A DNA stretch of 64,000 bases from the human T2T-CHM13v2.0 reference genome, Homo sapiens. Made by a program: the position numbers and the translations under genes. The notes beneath the pieces were generated by a model, which had not been told where the DNA came from, did not search any database, and saw only the letters and a list, made by a program, of their open reading frames with translations. The stretch lies in assembly GCF_009914755.1 (NCBI RefSeq), contig NC_060931.1, one strand, 5' to 3'. This document shows, piece by piece, positions 1 through 16,989 of this stretch. How positions within the stretch are numbered: the first letter of the stretch is position 1; the number at the start of each line of letters is the position of its first letter.

Positions 1-89
1 GGCAGGCAACATAAACAAAGCTGTCACTCTCTCTACAAGGTGAGCTTGTATTTGAGCATGCATTCGGATTGTATGCATATGGTGATTTC

Positions 90-460
90 CAACACTAACC
101 GTTTGGGTGATACTCAAATTATAACACACCACTGACTTAAAAGTCACTTGCATCCGACTTTTGTAAATCATGGGGTTCTCTTTCATTCAGGTATGTTGTC
201 TCAGTGATCAGTAGCATTTCCAATAAATTATACACTGACCAGTTGGCAGAGCTTCTGCCCGTTATTGGAGCAAAGCCTGCAAACCTCCTCTGTCAGATGC
301 TGCATTCCCAGCCCTCAGCCCCCTAACGTAGCAGAGTTCCTTGGCAAACGACAGAGTGCCCTCTGTTGATGGAAAAAGTAATGCGCAGCGGAGGATACAG
401 AGAGAAGCTTTCCTACTAGAAGTCGCAGAGCTGCCCGTTAGCCGATACACATTTGTGATG
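90..460. promoter_or_regulatory. Candidate promoter/enhancer (MYB-type, CCAAT and RFX-like motif cluster)
   Basis: Repeat-free, with locally more CpG than the flanks. CCCGTTA occurs twice (258-264, 434-440), plus AACCGTT (~97), CAGTTGG (~240), CCAAT on both strands (~220, ~264) and X-box-like GTTCCTTGGCAAAC (~336-349). Confidence 0.35.
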
Positions 461-2575
461 TAAAAATCACATTTTAAATTATAAAAATATTGATTTAATG
501 AATATTGAGAGAGTACAGATGATTGCAAATTCAGACACAATTGTTGGAATTATGTATTTAGATAGATACACACATAAACACGCTAGTTATTCAGTTTCTA
601 CATACCTGGAAATGCTACGTAAGACGACTCCTTTTTTACTCTGTGCAGTATAGATTCAACCTACACAAGCAAATATTTCGTTTCAAATTTTTCTGCAACC
701 GAATAGAACATTTAGCATGAACAATGATGCTACATGCTCAGGCTCTATACACTTAACTAATGTTAAAAATGAAAAACTGTAAGAATTCCGCTGAACAGAG
801 ATTTCTAATTCCTTCAGGTTTAAGGAGGGAAATCAACAGAAAGCAAAACCGCTGAGAAAAGCCTTTAGCTTCAGCGTTGTCTCTGCGGGGTGAGGAAAAA
901 TTGATAGCCTGGTTTGCTATCACTGCTTTCAAACTAAGTTCCAGTGAGCCTTCATAAAACAGTAAATTGTATCACAATTTTAAAGCAGTAATTCACTAAG
1001 CACTCACTTCTTCACTTCCATGTTTCTATTTGCTTTCTTTTGAAATGGAAAAAATCAAATCTCACAGAAGTGATATCTTTACATTTTAAGGCCATTTCAT
1101 ATGTTAATTAGTTTAAAAGCAACATGAAAAAATGTTAGCTTGCACAAATACTTGCAGTTAACATTTTTTAAAGTGTGACTTTCTTGACTATTTTGGAGAA
1201 ATAAACTCTGGTTGCTGTTGCAAGTTGAAAATGTTTCTGCCTGAGAGGTTGCATTTTGGGATCTGCACGGATTTAAATACTCCTCTACCTGCTTCTTCAC
1301 TTAAATTTGAGTATTTGCAGCCACAGAATTAACCTATTGTAATGACTTGATTGCAATCTTCAATTTTATTGTTATGAAGGAAGAGTTTTCTTTCAAGGTT
1401 TATTTGCAAGTGTTAAATGGAATTAAGACAAAAAAAATCTTTATGCCATTTCCAAGAAACTGTTACCTAGAAGAAAAGGAAAGAGGATGTTAAATGGAGT
1501 TTTCAGATTTGTTGCTGGTACTGATGAAATTAACCAGATAAATTGTTTGGTACTCATTTTCATTTTCCTTACAGAGGCTCTGAGATTTTTTTTTAAGTAG
1601 TTTGCCAATTCTTGACTTCTTCATACCCAATCTTTATTTATATGAAATCACTTTTTTAAGTGTGAATTCACATACTATTCACAAGGTTTGTTGGCATAAG
1701 AATGAGATATGTGCTAAGGAAATCATTTAAAATGTGAGCTGGAATTCTCGATTAGTGGTAACAGTCTGACAAAATGGAGCCAGTGATGGCTCGAGTTTGT
1801 TAATATACACAGTCCAAATAGCAACATGAAAACTAAGAACTTCAGTTCGTTGGTGTGCTTGAGATTTCAGCTCACTGAAACCTCTGCGTTAGAGAGGAAT
1901 TGCAAACAGAAGAGAATGAGATCCTGTTGTATGACAGGAATGATACTGCACTGGGGATTTTTAGGATTCCGAAGTATTTTACCAATACTCCCTAAATATG
2001 CTTTCCTACTTATTCTCGGCTTAGCCCTTACACTTTGATCTGATATTTTTCAAGCTTTTTCTTTCCTTAAACAGTATAATCATTTTGTTTTTCTTTCTGA
2101 TCAGGAATATAATGATCTCACTTCTATTGCTTTTTTCAAACAGTAAGATTACATTTAAACAATGACAGGGAACAAAACTTAAGTATGATAAACACTTTTC
2201 CCATTGCTATAAACAACTGAAAAATAACAAAATTATCAAAATATTCTCATTTCAAAATTTTTCATTTTGTTTTATTTCAAAAATGCAATGAAGTCTCAAA
2301 CATTTTCTTTTCCACCATTTTAATTGAAATTGGAAATTAAAATAAATTCTGTTTAAAGGGAAAACTAATTTTTAGTTAGAAATTAAACTCAAAGTATAAT
2401 TTGCTTATACATTAATAAAGTATATATAACGTAAAGTATATTTAACCTTTTAAAGTTTTCCCCTTCCCTAGATAATTTTGTTATTTAAATGAATTGAATT
2501 ATAAAATAATCTCATGGCACTGTGTAATATTTTACGATACAATCCAGTTAAAGAGGTGCTAAATATTTTAGAAAC

Positions 2576-2594
2576 AGCCCACCAGAGGGCAGTC
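2576..2594 (+). promoter_or_regulatory. CTCF-binding motif
   Basis: AGCCCACCAGAGGGCAGTC closely matches the CTCF core CCACCAG(G/A)GGGC(G/A); it is a GC-rich motif within very AT-rich DNA. Confidence 0.6.
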
Positions 2595-3234
2595 AGCTTT
2601 TAGTCTAACGTGTTGGAAATAGATAAATTTATTATGATGGCTAAGTTTTAAATAAAATATCTATTTAAATCACATAACTTCTTGCATCTAGGAGGTGAAC
2701 AAAGTGAAGTTATGACTTGAGATTGAGAAGCCTGAGGCTTCAAACCATTTTGATAAAAAATCACCAAAGGACTAACAATTCTAACAATTGCCCTTCTGTA
2801 CTCCCTCACACTCAACCTTTTCATTGTGATATTTATGTTTGGTTATAAAGTAAGATTTATTTTGATTTGAGATGTTTTGGTGCATTAATTTTTTTTCTAA
2901 TCAGTGGAGACTTTGGGACAAGCTCCTGCTAAGAGAGCAAGAGAGAAGAGAGATTTTGTTTTCTTGCTCACCTGTCTGTATATTCCTACTAATTCCAAAA
3001 TGAGTCTACTGTGGGTTTTAATGGAGCTTAATAATATTATTATACAAATGACACAGAAGAGATTCTGGAACATATGAATGGTGATTGGAGAATACATGGT
3101 TTGTTTCCTTGTGTAAACTCTAGGGGTGTTGGGCACTAAGTTGCCTCCAGTCACCTTAATAGTCAGAGATAATAACATCCACTTAGAAGAGGATTAAAAG
3201 AACACTGAAATCCTTGCATGTATTATTTTATTTA

Positions 3235-3458
<224 letters not shown>

Positions 3459-3878
3459 TCATTGAGGTTTGGACAATGTTTTGTCATTGTTGTTATTACT
3501 ATTATTATTGGCAAAATTCTGGTTGTCAAATTTCTGAGCCCTGAAAACAAAATCCTTCTCCTAAAGTCTGCAAAAGAGGCCATGAGTGAACAGAAATATT
3601 TATGAGAGCTGAGGTGCTTTCAGATACTCACTTGCTAGATTTCTTATAATAATCTTGTGAGGTATAAGACCCATGTTAAATAACTTGGTCAAGGTAACAG
3701 AAATGAGACTTATACCTTGTCATTTTCCTCTTCTCTCACTTGCCTTGGAATTAAGAAACAAAGAAGCTAAAGATTTTTTTTCCTTGTGTTGTTTATTTAT
3801 TTTTGTTTTATTGGTTTTGGAACCCAAGTTTCCCTAATTATAAAAATTATTCACGCTTATAAGAAAATAATGATCTTA

Positions 3879-4342
3879 GCAAAGACATAGAATAAATCTA
3901 GATGCCCACCAAGGACAGACTGGATAAAGAAAGTGTGGTACATATACATCATGAAATACTATGCAGCCACAAAAAAGAACAAGATCGTGTCTTTTGTGGG
4001 AACATGGATGGAGCTGGAGGCTATTATCCTTGGCAAACTAGTGCAGGAACAGAAAATCAAATACCAGATATTCTCACATATAAGTGGGAGTTCAATGATG
4101 AGAACTCATGAACACAAAGAAGGAAACAACAGACACTATTGTTGAGTCTACTCAAGACTCTGTTGTTGGGTCTACTTGAGAATGGAAAGGGGGAGGAAGG
4201 AGAGGAGCAGAAAAGATAACTATTGGGTACTGCACTTAATACCTGAGTGATGAAATAACCTGTATAGCAAACCCCCATGACACGACTTTACCTATGTAAA
4301 AAACCTTCACATGTACCCCCAAACCTAAAATAAAAGTTAAAA
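3879..4342 (+). mobile_element. L1 3' end (old primate L1PA/L1PB), 5'-truncated
   Basis: ORF2 C-terminal remnant (MWYIY..YYAA.KK..I.SF.GTWMELE.IIL), L1 3'UTR and A-tail; ~18-bp TSD aagaaaa(t/g)aatgatctta. Confidence 0.92.
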
Positions 4343-4539
4343 AAGAAAAGAATGATCTTATAAACACAGAGATTAACACTGCTAACATTAAGATATGTAT
4401 GCTTCCAGATATTTCCTATACACATATACATACTTACAAAAGTGGAATCACACTCTTTCTGCTGTTTCACAGCCTCCTCTATTCACATGGATATAAAAGA
4501 TATCATGGACATCTTTTCATGTCAGTATGTGTAGATAAT

Positions 4540-4720
4540 AACAGCTCACATCTACTGAGTGCTTACCATGTGCTAGGCACCTTTCTATGCATTTTGCATG
4601 AGTTGTTCCATTAATTTCCACAACATCCCTATGAAGTAGGTACTATTATTTCCCCCATTTTTTTAGAAGAGAAAAGAGATTAACTAGTGGCCAACACACA
4701 GACCCCACATGTTAATCTCT
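4540..4720 (-). mobile_element. MIR fragment
   Basis: 'tactgagtgcttaccatgtgctaggcac...ccctatgaagtaggtactattatttcccccatttt' resembles the MIR core. Confidence 0.7.
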
Positions 4721-5019
4721 TGGCTTTTTGAGGGCTATGTTAGATTCTGCTGTATGGACTTACCAACCTTCTTCATTGGTGCGTAGTTCCATGTTTCTGG
4801 AAAGAGCAATTTCCAGAAAGAACAACTCCGGTATCCAAACTAGTTGCTTGTGTCCTCTCACATGTAAATATACCTCAAACTATCTCAACTTTGCTGATCC
4901 CATTATCTTTTTAGAACTCCCTTCTCCCTCTCCATGTTTTCCTAAAATTTACCCAGATCCACTTTTCAGGACTCCTGAACCTATCTTATCACTGCCACTG
5001 AGACACAGCAACTAACTCA

Positions 5020-5220
5020 GGAGTGACATGCCCAGAATCCAAACCTAAACTGTGCTATGTATCAACCAAGTGACCTTAGGCATGACTTAGTCCACCCAAG
5101 CCACATTTTTCTTATCAGTAAAATGAGGATAAAATATCTACCTCACAGAGCTATTTGGTAGTCTCAAATAGCATAGATACGCATGTACCTGGCAAATAGT
5201 AAATTCTTAATAAATGTCAG
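5020..5220 (+). mobile_element. MIR fragment
   Basis: 'gtgaccttaggcatgactta...tcagtaaaatgaggataaaatatctacctcacagag'. Confidence 0.7.
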
Positions 5221-5308
5221 AGAGAAATGCCCCCTTGCTTGAATGAGGACCTCAAGGTCAAAGGGAGAGAAAATAGCAGATCCTACATTGCTATAAAAGA
5301 CAAACTCG

Positions 5309-5636
<328 letters not shown>

Positions 5637-6378
5637 TTATATTATCTTTATCTTGATACACACATATGAAGAAAACCCTAAATGAATCTTTTTCTTGGCT
5701 ATATTTGAATGGAAATTTTTGGAAAGCAAATTTAAAAGATCAAACAAATATTTATTGGGACAGATTTTTTGCAACCCAATAAAATAAAGCCCTGAGAGAA
5801 GGAAGTCTAACAGAGGGCAAAGCAAACTATAATCCCTTGCTGGTCAGTCTTCTTTTTCCTACAAAATGTCTAGGAATACCTATAAATACTAAATTATGAA
5901 GATTTGAAAAACATACTCTGGACTCATGCTCCATCACTTGTGCTCAGGGACTGTTTAATTGGAGCCAGTACCAAGATGCTAATTCCAAATTTATTCCTCA
6001 AAATGATTTCTGCTCCAAATTTAAGCACCCCTCTTAGTTGGCCCAACTTAGTGAATGTCAGAATTTGAGATGAGAGCTGACTGATGAGACTCCAAGCATG
6101 GGATGGTGAGGAAGAGCCAGAGGAATTGGCTAAAACATTAGCACCATGCTTCCAGGCATTCACACTGTGCAAATGCTTCTGCGGTGGGCAGGCCTCCTTA
6201 TTATCTGCAGGTTCCCAAACCAGGAAGACTGTGAGCCATTCCCCCTCAAAGACCAAAGGCGTGGATGCAAATTTGCCCTTATTGCCCAGAGTGGCAGAAA
6301 TCACTAGAGCACATGGGCTGAGGCATGGCCACATATACCGATGTGTAAGCCACTTATGTGATGGACAGTTTCCTTTCC

Positions 6379-6685
6379 TTTTATTTTATTTTATTTTGAT
6401 ACAAGGTCTTACTCTGTCCCCCAGGCTGGAGTGCAGTGGCAAGATCATGGCTCACTGCAGCCTCAACCTCCCTGGGCTCAGGTGATGCTCCTACCTCAGC
6501 CTCCCAGATAGCTGAGACTACAGGTGTATGCCATCATGCCTATCTAATTTTTTTTTTTTTTTTGACATGGAGATGAGGTTTCTCTATGTTGCCCAAGCTG
6601 GTCTCAAACTCCTAGGCTCAAGCAATCCTCCCACCTTGGCCTCCCAAAATGCTGAGATTACAGGCGTCAGCCATTATGTCTGGCC
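6379..6685 (-). mobile_element. AluJ
   Basis: Antisense dimeric Alu with AluJ-type 'gcagcctcaacctccctgggctca'. Confidence 0.93.
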
Positions 6686-7719
6686 GCCATTTATTTTTGA
6701 GAGAGATCCCTGAACCAACACCAAAAATGAAAAATGGCCCCTGTTTGATATTCACCCTTTGGGATTGTCTAGTCGTGATTTAGCCAAGAGGTCTGTCTGT
6801 AGCATCTACATCTGCTATCATTCCTGGTCAGGTACATGATCCATGGACCCAACCTTAGGAGTGAAGTTAATTCCGTTGAGTCTAGGTAGTTCTGAGTTTC
6901 CACATCATCTCATGCACTTTTCATGAGAACGCCTTTTGCCTGGTATTTAACAGATGAGGCAGCTGAGGTGTAGGTAAAGAGATTTCCCCAAGCTCTCAAA
7001 GATGCTCATACAGTAGCGTAACACACAGAATGAAATAGCTGATCCTCAGACCCAGATCTTCTGATTTTAAGCCCAGGATTTTTTCAGTGATCTGGGAACT
7101 GCTTTCCCCATAGATTTTCCAAGTGTTACCAATTACTGCCAGTCCTGGTAGGTCCCTGTGTAATACAAGGAACTTCCATAGTAACAGCCTGCTTGTTTCC
7201 TCCACTGGGGATGCTTGAAGCCACTAAAACACACATCAAAACTGACATTTATAACTCCTAGTTTTACAGCCTGTACTTCAGAAAGTGATATGTATCAATC
7301 TAGCTACTGACATTTAGGGCTAAAAAAAAAAACAAACCCTGAGGTAATATGATTGGCCACATTCTGTTTTTTTTTTTTTTTCCCGATATTGCAACCACTG
7401 GACTTAAATAGAAAATGTTCAAAAGACCCCAAATGTCACAGTCAAGAACTGCATCTAATTACTAACCAATTAGGTAACATCGTTGGTCTAACTGGCTCGG
7501 AGGGAAAGAAAAATGAAAGCCTCAGGACATAAGCCTACAAGGCATTCCAACTTGGTACTGGGGTTGCAAAGCAGAAGTACTTCCTTTTTTAATCTTTCAG
7601 CATTTATACTGTATTCCATCTTTAGAGAGAGAGTTAATTTTTCTGTGCCTAGTTTACTAGTTTGTAGAACTCAGCGACTATCTCTGAATAAGGCATAAGG
7701 AAGAAAAGTTTGCCACACA

Positions 7720-8095
7720 GTACCAATTGGGAAAAGCTAACTTATCATTCAGTAACAGGCACTCCCCAGATCTCAGTGACTTTACATTACAAAGGTTAAC
7801 TGCTCGCTCACAGAACACATCCATCTCCATTTGACAGGGAACTCTCATTCATGTGGTTCTCACGCTGAGACCTGGCTGACAGCAATATCTGGAATATTCT
7901 GGTCACTGTGGCTTAGGGGAAGTAAACTCTGGAGGGGCTCACACCAGCAATACTTTGACCTGGAAGTGACATGTGCTATTATTACCTCCTACATCTCTCT
8001 TGTAAGAACAAGTAACATGGCCTTATCCTACCCCACCACAAGAGGGCCAGGCAGTGTGGTCCCACCAGAGCAGAAAGCAGGAAATACTCAATATA
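7720..8095 (-). mobile_element. Old MaLR LTR (MLT1-type)
   Basis: 'cagtaacaggcactccccagatctcagtgact...ggaagtgacatgtgcta...aacatggcc' MLT1-like blocks. Confidence 0.55.
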
Positions 8096-8329
8096 CCACC
8101 CTCATGGCTGGTGGTACTGGGATAAAAATTGCATCTCAGAAAGAAAAAAACAAGTCTCTTTTCAACATATTCTGCTATTCTGATGCTTGCCTTTGACGTT
8201 CTCATTCACATGAAAACCAAACATTGTAAAATGTGTATGTTAAAGGGAATTTGGAAAATAGAAACACAAATTTTGAGCTATTAATGTTTTGTGAATGTCC
8301 ATAGTGTAACACCCAAACATCCACACATT

Positions 8330-8575
8330 CATTCATTCATGAATCTATTCCCCATGCAGATGTTAACTGAGCAATAGACAGATGATGAGGACATGCACAA
8401 AGCAGTCCCTTCACTCCTAGAACTGACAGTACCTGGGGGAGATGGCCTGCCATGCACCACTACCACAGTGTGACAGAGGAAGAAGGGGCCAGAAGCACAT
8501 AGGAGGGGCGCCCAATCCAGTTAGAGTGTCAACAGAGACTGCCGGGAGGATAGTACCCCTAGGCTGAGACATGAG
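8330..8575 (-). mobile_element. L2 fragment
   Basis: (attc)n L2 3' end followed by 'gtcccttcactcctagaactgacagt' L2-like sequence. Confidence 0.6.
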
Positions 8576-9349
8576 AGAAAGGAAACACATTTTGGTACAT
8601 TTCCTTTCAGTCTGTTTCCCTCTAAGCCTAGTTTGTTATTTTTACATAATTGTAAGAAAACTGTTTAGCCAAATTTGTATACTGCTGTGCAGAAAACTAG
8701 GTCTTTAGAGTTTCACTTTTTAACTCAGAGAAATCCATATGACAACAGTTTCTTACTTCCAATAAAATTTCAGCATATGAACAAAATTTGCAAATGTGGA
8801 ATTTTATGATGCTGATACAGAAAACATATGTTAATTAAGAATGAGCTTGTATTTTTACTTCTCAGTATTTTATTGCCTTAGCCAGGCTGTCAACCAAATA
8901 TATAAATTTCAAACATTAAGAGGTACAAATCAACCCACTAAAATATCTGTCAGAGCTTTCTGCATTAATCAACTGTGATGTATTGTAACATACAGGGAAA
9001 AAAATTGTGACAGAAATTCAAAACTAATCGAATAAGCATAATATTAAAAAGCATGAATTTGAGTTATTACTTAAGCTTAAATAAAAGAGTGGAGCGAAAA
9101 CTTCCTGTAGTACCTGCACATTGCAGTTTATTATAAATTTTCTACGTCTTATAGAAAATTAAACTGTGTACTACTTATAAAAGGGTTTTAATTTAATTGG
9201 ACACATTCAAGTTATATTAAAATATATTTCAAACCTATTTTGGTTGCTTTAAAGAGTAGCTTAAAATTCTACACTCAATGTTGACTAATATTTTAAAATT
9301 CTTTAAAATTTTGGCCAAAAAGGGCTAATTTCTTAATAAGTATATCTCT

Positions 9350-9850
9350 CTTTAGCCAAGAGCCAACATCATGTCTGATGGTGAAACACCAAAGGCGTTT
9401 CCATTAAAATTCAAAAAGATAAAGAAAAGATTGTCCCATCATAAATATTAAATAACAGTTTTCAGAATATTCTGGCTAGTTCTCAAAATAAGATTAGAAA
9501 TAAGAGGAATAAACATTGGAAGGAGGGGAATTATCATTATTTTTCATGAACAAAATTATATACTTAGAAAGCCCATAAAAATCTCTCATAATCATTAAGA
9601 ATTTCACTAAAAGTGATAGATGAATCTGCACAGTCAACCACTATTTTAAATAAGTATAAAAATGTTAAAAATACAAAAGCTAAGATTAATTATGCTTATA
9701 ATCATAGCAATGTGTAAAAACACACCTGGAATAAATGCTAAAAAAATGTGCATAAATCATAATAAATAAATTACAAAATATTTCTCTGAAGATTTAAAAA
9801 ATTTGTCTCCATAAAAGCCCAAATAATATGAAGATAATTCATCCCAAATT
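9350..9850 (+). mobile_element. Old L1M ORF2 fragment
   Basis: A-rich degenerate ORF2 sequence ('aacatcatgtctgatggtgaaacacc...aaacattggaagg'). Confidence 0.6.
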
Positions 9851-9861
9851 GATTGATGACC

Positions 9862-10251
<390 letters not shown>

Positions 10252-10426
10252 CTAAGAAGTTATATTTATTCATCTGCTACTCTAGTATTTTTCCTTAGAT
10301 TTTAAACAAAACAATGTAAATGTGTTTCTCTATCGATATCAAGACTTATGTCATAACCTACTCTCCCACCCCATTCTACAACTACCAGTAATTCCTATAT
10401 TTAGCTGAGATCACCTGGAATTTTAG

Positions 10427-10738
<312 letters not shown>

Positions 10739-11519
10739 TTAGTTCTATATTACTATTTTTTTCGGAAAGTTTTAAAACCAATTTGCCATAACATCTCAGC
10801 CACTTTGTTTAAACTGAAGCATATTTTTACTGGTGTCTTTATATATTTATGTGACTATTCACAGACTTCTCATAGCTCATAGTTCCACCCCTCACTTCCC
10901 CACACACACTTCTAAAAGTATTATTCTATCTTTCCAACTGTGTTTCTGATGCCAACTGATACTCGTTTCAGGGAAATGGGCAAGTTGAAAAGTATAGGGG
11001 TGTACTTGCCTGCTTGATAATTTATATTAGAAAAGGCAGGGAGTTACTCTAGAAAGAAGCGGGGAAATAAATAAATTCAAACAGTTATGGGCATGGGCAT
11101 AGGGTGAAAAAAATTATGGAGATCTTAGAATAAAGAAGAGAGATGTCAGGGCAGGTGGCATATATGGGAGATATTAAGAGACAAAAACAGGCTAGAGGAT
11201 TTGAAAAAGTTTTATAGTGCACATTAATGTAATTCCCCTTTGACATTTTCTCCATAAATTTCATAAAATATTTTAGTTGATTTTAATTTTATCTATTTAT
11301 TTGTTTGCTTATTTGTTTGCTTTACCATTATATCTTTGAATGTGACTCCTTATTTAAATTGCATTAGAGGGTGCTTCAGCTTTATATGGATTTTATTTAT
11401 ATATCATTCTATAATATACAAATCATACCATTCTATGAATTAAGAAATTCAGACCCAGACAGAAAAATCCAGTTCCTTTGGCACCTGAGTAGTTGTCAAA
11501 GACTTCAATGAATCAATCA

Positions 11520-12000
<481 letters not shown>

Positions 12001-12149
12001 TCTCAGGGAGAGAACACGTTAGTAGTGTAGTTTATCTAATTTACAGGCCTCAATACCTAAAGTGAACTGCTATAAACTAAAAAGCAGTTAACTGAGGAGC
12101 TAGAACTACCAGTACTGGGTCTGCACAGAAAAACTTGAGTGGCTTGCCT

Positions 12150-12240
12150 ACAAATAGTGGGACATCCTGGGTCACGGCATTTTTTGTGTGCTAAAACTGG
12201 GACAGTCTCAGGAAAACCAGTGTGGTTGATCATCCTACAA
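12150..12240. mobile_element. MER94-like hAT MITE fragment
   Basis: 'aaaactgggacagtctcaggaaaaccagtgtggttgatcatccta' resembles a MER94 terminus. Confidence 0.5.
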
Positions 12241-12708
12241 TGAGTAGCAATAATTGAAAATAGCAACAGTGGAAATTATTTTGGGTCATCTTTGAATGCT
12301 TAGGAAATTCCTCCATGTTTATTTGTTTTTTGTTTCCAAAGATCCAGCTTGCTAAAGACAGGTACCCACACTTACATGTACACAGATGTGTTATCAAATA
12401 TAAACTTGCTGTAAAGGTATCAGTTGTAGAATATACCGAGAATGTAGTAGTTAGAAGGTAGATGCCAGTATTGCAACCTCCTTCAGATTTTTAGGCAAGT
12501 TATTTGGAAGAACTTGTCCATGTATGTAGCTAATTCCAGACCCTCATTTCCTCCCTCCCTGCCAAACCTGGACCTTAAATTTCCAAGTGCCCTTCCACTA
12601 GTGCAAAGCATGTATCAGAATCATTGAGAAAGCCTCAACATCAATTCCTGAAACCTTAAGCCAGACCTACTGAATCAGATTTCTAGGAAAGAGCTCCAGA
12701 AATATGTA

Positions 12709-13080
12709 TGTCTTAGTCCATTTTCTGCTGCCAAAAGAGAATACCATAGACCAAGTAATTTATAAAGAAAATAAATGTATTTGGCTCACAATTCTGGAAA
12801 CTGGGATGTCCAAGATCGAGAAGATGCATCTGGTGAAGGTGTTCTTGTGTCAAAACAGAAGGCATTACTTGGTGAGGAAGCCTAGAAAGAGAGAGAGAGG
12901 AAAAGAGGAAAAATGGGTTGCAACTTACCCACTCTCCATATAACACCCTTAATCCATTCATAAGGGTGGTGCTCCTATAACCTAATCACCCCTTGAAGTT
13001 CTTACCTAAAAGTACTGTTGCACTGAGGATTATTAAGTTTCTTAGAAATGAATTTGGGGGGACACATTCAAACTATAGTA
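12709..13080 (-). mobile_element. MST/MLT1A MaLR LTR
   Basis: Starts tgtcttagtccattttctgctgc and ends ggacacattcaaactatagta; typical MST blocks. Confidence 0.85.
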
Positions 13081-13081
13081 A

Positions 13082-13381
<300 letters not shown>

Positions 13382-13409
13382 ACAATGTATTTTTTAGCAC
13401 CTAGAAATG

Positions 13410-14619
<1,210 letters not shown>

Positions 14620-14689
14620 CTAGTGCTTCTGTAATAAATCACCATAAACTTAGTGGCTTAAAGCAACACAAATTTAATATTTTACAATA

Positions 14690-14847
14690 AAATGAGTAAG
14701 CAGGTTAAATAAGTAGATTTTAGCTACTCCTGTATAAAAATGTCACTATGTAAAATGATAGATATGTTAATTTGCTTCACTATAGTAACCATTTTACTAT
14801 CTATATGTTTCCTGTAACATCATGTAAGACTCAAATATACACAATAA
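14690..14847 (+). mobile_element. L1MA 3' terminal fragment
   Basis: 'gtagattttagctactc...atgttaatttgcttcactatagtaacc' also appears in the L1 end at ~35420-35560. Confidence 0.75.
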
Positions 14848-15163
<316 letters not shown>

Positions 15164-16563
15164 TGAATAGTCAGGATTGTGTTCCTTCTCGAGGCTCTGG
15201 GGAGAATCTGTTTCCTTGCCATTTCCAGCTTCTAGAAGCTGTCCATTCTTCAGCTCCAGATCCCACATCACTGGGACCTCTGCTTCCATCTTCTAGTCCT
15301 CTGCTCTGACTCTCACACTCCTGCCGTGCTCTTAGAAGGACCCTTGTGATTAGATTACACTGGATCTGTCAGATAATACGGGATAATCTCTCTTCTCAAA
15401 ATCCTTAACTTAATCACATCTGCAAAGACTCTAAGGTACAATACTCACAGGGATTAGCATGTACTAACTTGAGGGTCTATAATTCGGCCCACCATAGTGT
15501 ATTTTTTAAAATACCTTATTTATTTTGAAGCTCCTCAGGAAACCTGATATTCGAAAAGGCTTAGGAGCCCCTGTCCTAAGGTATTTCTCTGACTGTAGCT
15601 ATAGTTTTCCCTGCTCAGAAATTGACAGATGGCAGCAATTTTTCTAGTGGATCCATTAAGGTAAGCCTAGGATTATACCATTCCTTTGTATTCTTATTAA
15701 TGATGTCACATAGACATAGCCATTGTCATTGTTTGTTTCTGGAAGAGTTCATGTCTTCCCTGTTCCTACGTGACTCTAATTATCTTATCAGAGGTGTCCA
15801 TCGCATTAAGACATGTCCCCTTAGAAAATCTTGTCATGACCCTTTATCATCAGGCCTAACTGTCACAGAACCTCTTATGGCACAGACAAAATAAAGTTTC
15901 AGTTGATACTTACGGAGTTTTGGTTTCTCCATTAAGGGGCTCATCTTGCTGTTTCTCTAGAGTGACTGGGCCTATTATTAGGCTTGACCTCATGAGGGAG
16001 ACCTTACAGAAACCAGACTATATCCGTGGATGGCCCATCTCCAGACAGACAGGAGCTGTTAAAAAGAAATAAACTTCACATTTGGTGCACTATTACTACA
16101 TAAGAACTACTTTGGTTCTCCTTCTGACTGATTAGTAATACACCAGAGAAATGTTCCCACAAATAGGCAGTAGCACTCTTGTCTACTTAACTAAGTGCGT
16201 GACTGCTTTGCGTGGAGAAATCTGAAGGTAATATATTCTGGTAAAGTGGACTTAAGGTTTTAAGGAGAACAAATACAAGAAATATTGATTCCAGAATTAA
16301 ATCAATTGTGTTAGAATTCCATTCTCTTGTTTTTTTGATTATCCTTAGCAGGGCTACAGATTCATAAACAACTGTAAGAGTGCTAGCCTCCCAGGTGTCA
16401 GCCAAGAATATAAATGTCTATTTTTTGGAAAGTACAACATTCAAAATTGAGAAGGTGAAGTTTCCTTGGTTTGTAATTCAAAACATTTGAACTAAAAAAC
16501 AATGTAAATCTCTACAAATTAAGAATACATGTCATCGACTGTTATGAAATCAACTTATTATGA

Positions 16564-16949
<386 letters not shown>

Positions 16950-16989
16950 TAGGTTTTTACTGTTGACAAGTTAACTAATAATTAATGAA

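Noticed and set aside
262-540. 92-aa minus-strand ORF
   Set aside because: Non-ATG start and no homology recognised; the region looks regulatory rather than coding.
2929-2971. Minus-strand intron between donor CAG|GTGAGC (2971) and acceptor (2929)
   Set aside because: At ~43 nt it is below the practical minimum for a human intron.
5924-6485. Overlapping 136-aa and 133-aa ORFs
   Set aside because: No recognisable domain and no convincing splice context; the plus-strand ORF runs into an antisense Alu.
15619-15660. Plus-strand 42-nt micro-exon ending AAG|GTAAGC
   Set aside because: An isolated hit with a short pyrimidine tract; expected by chance in 64 kb.
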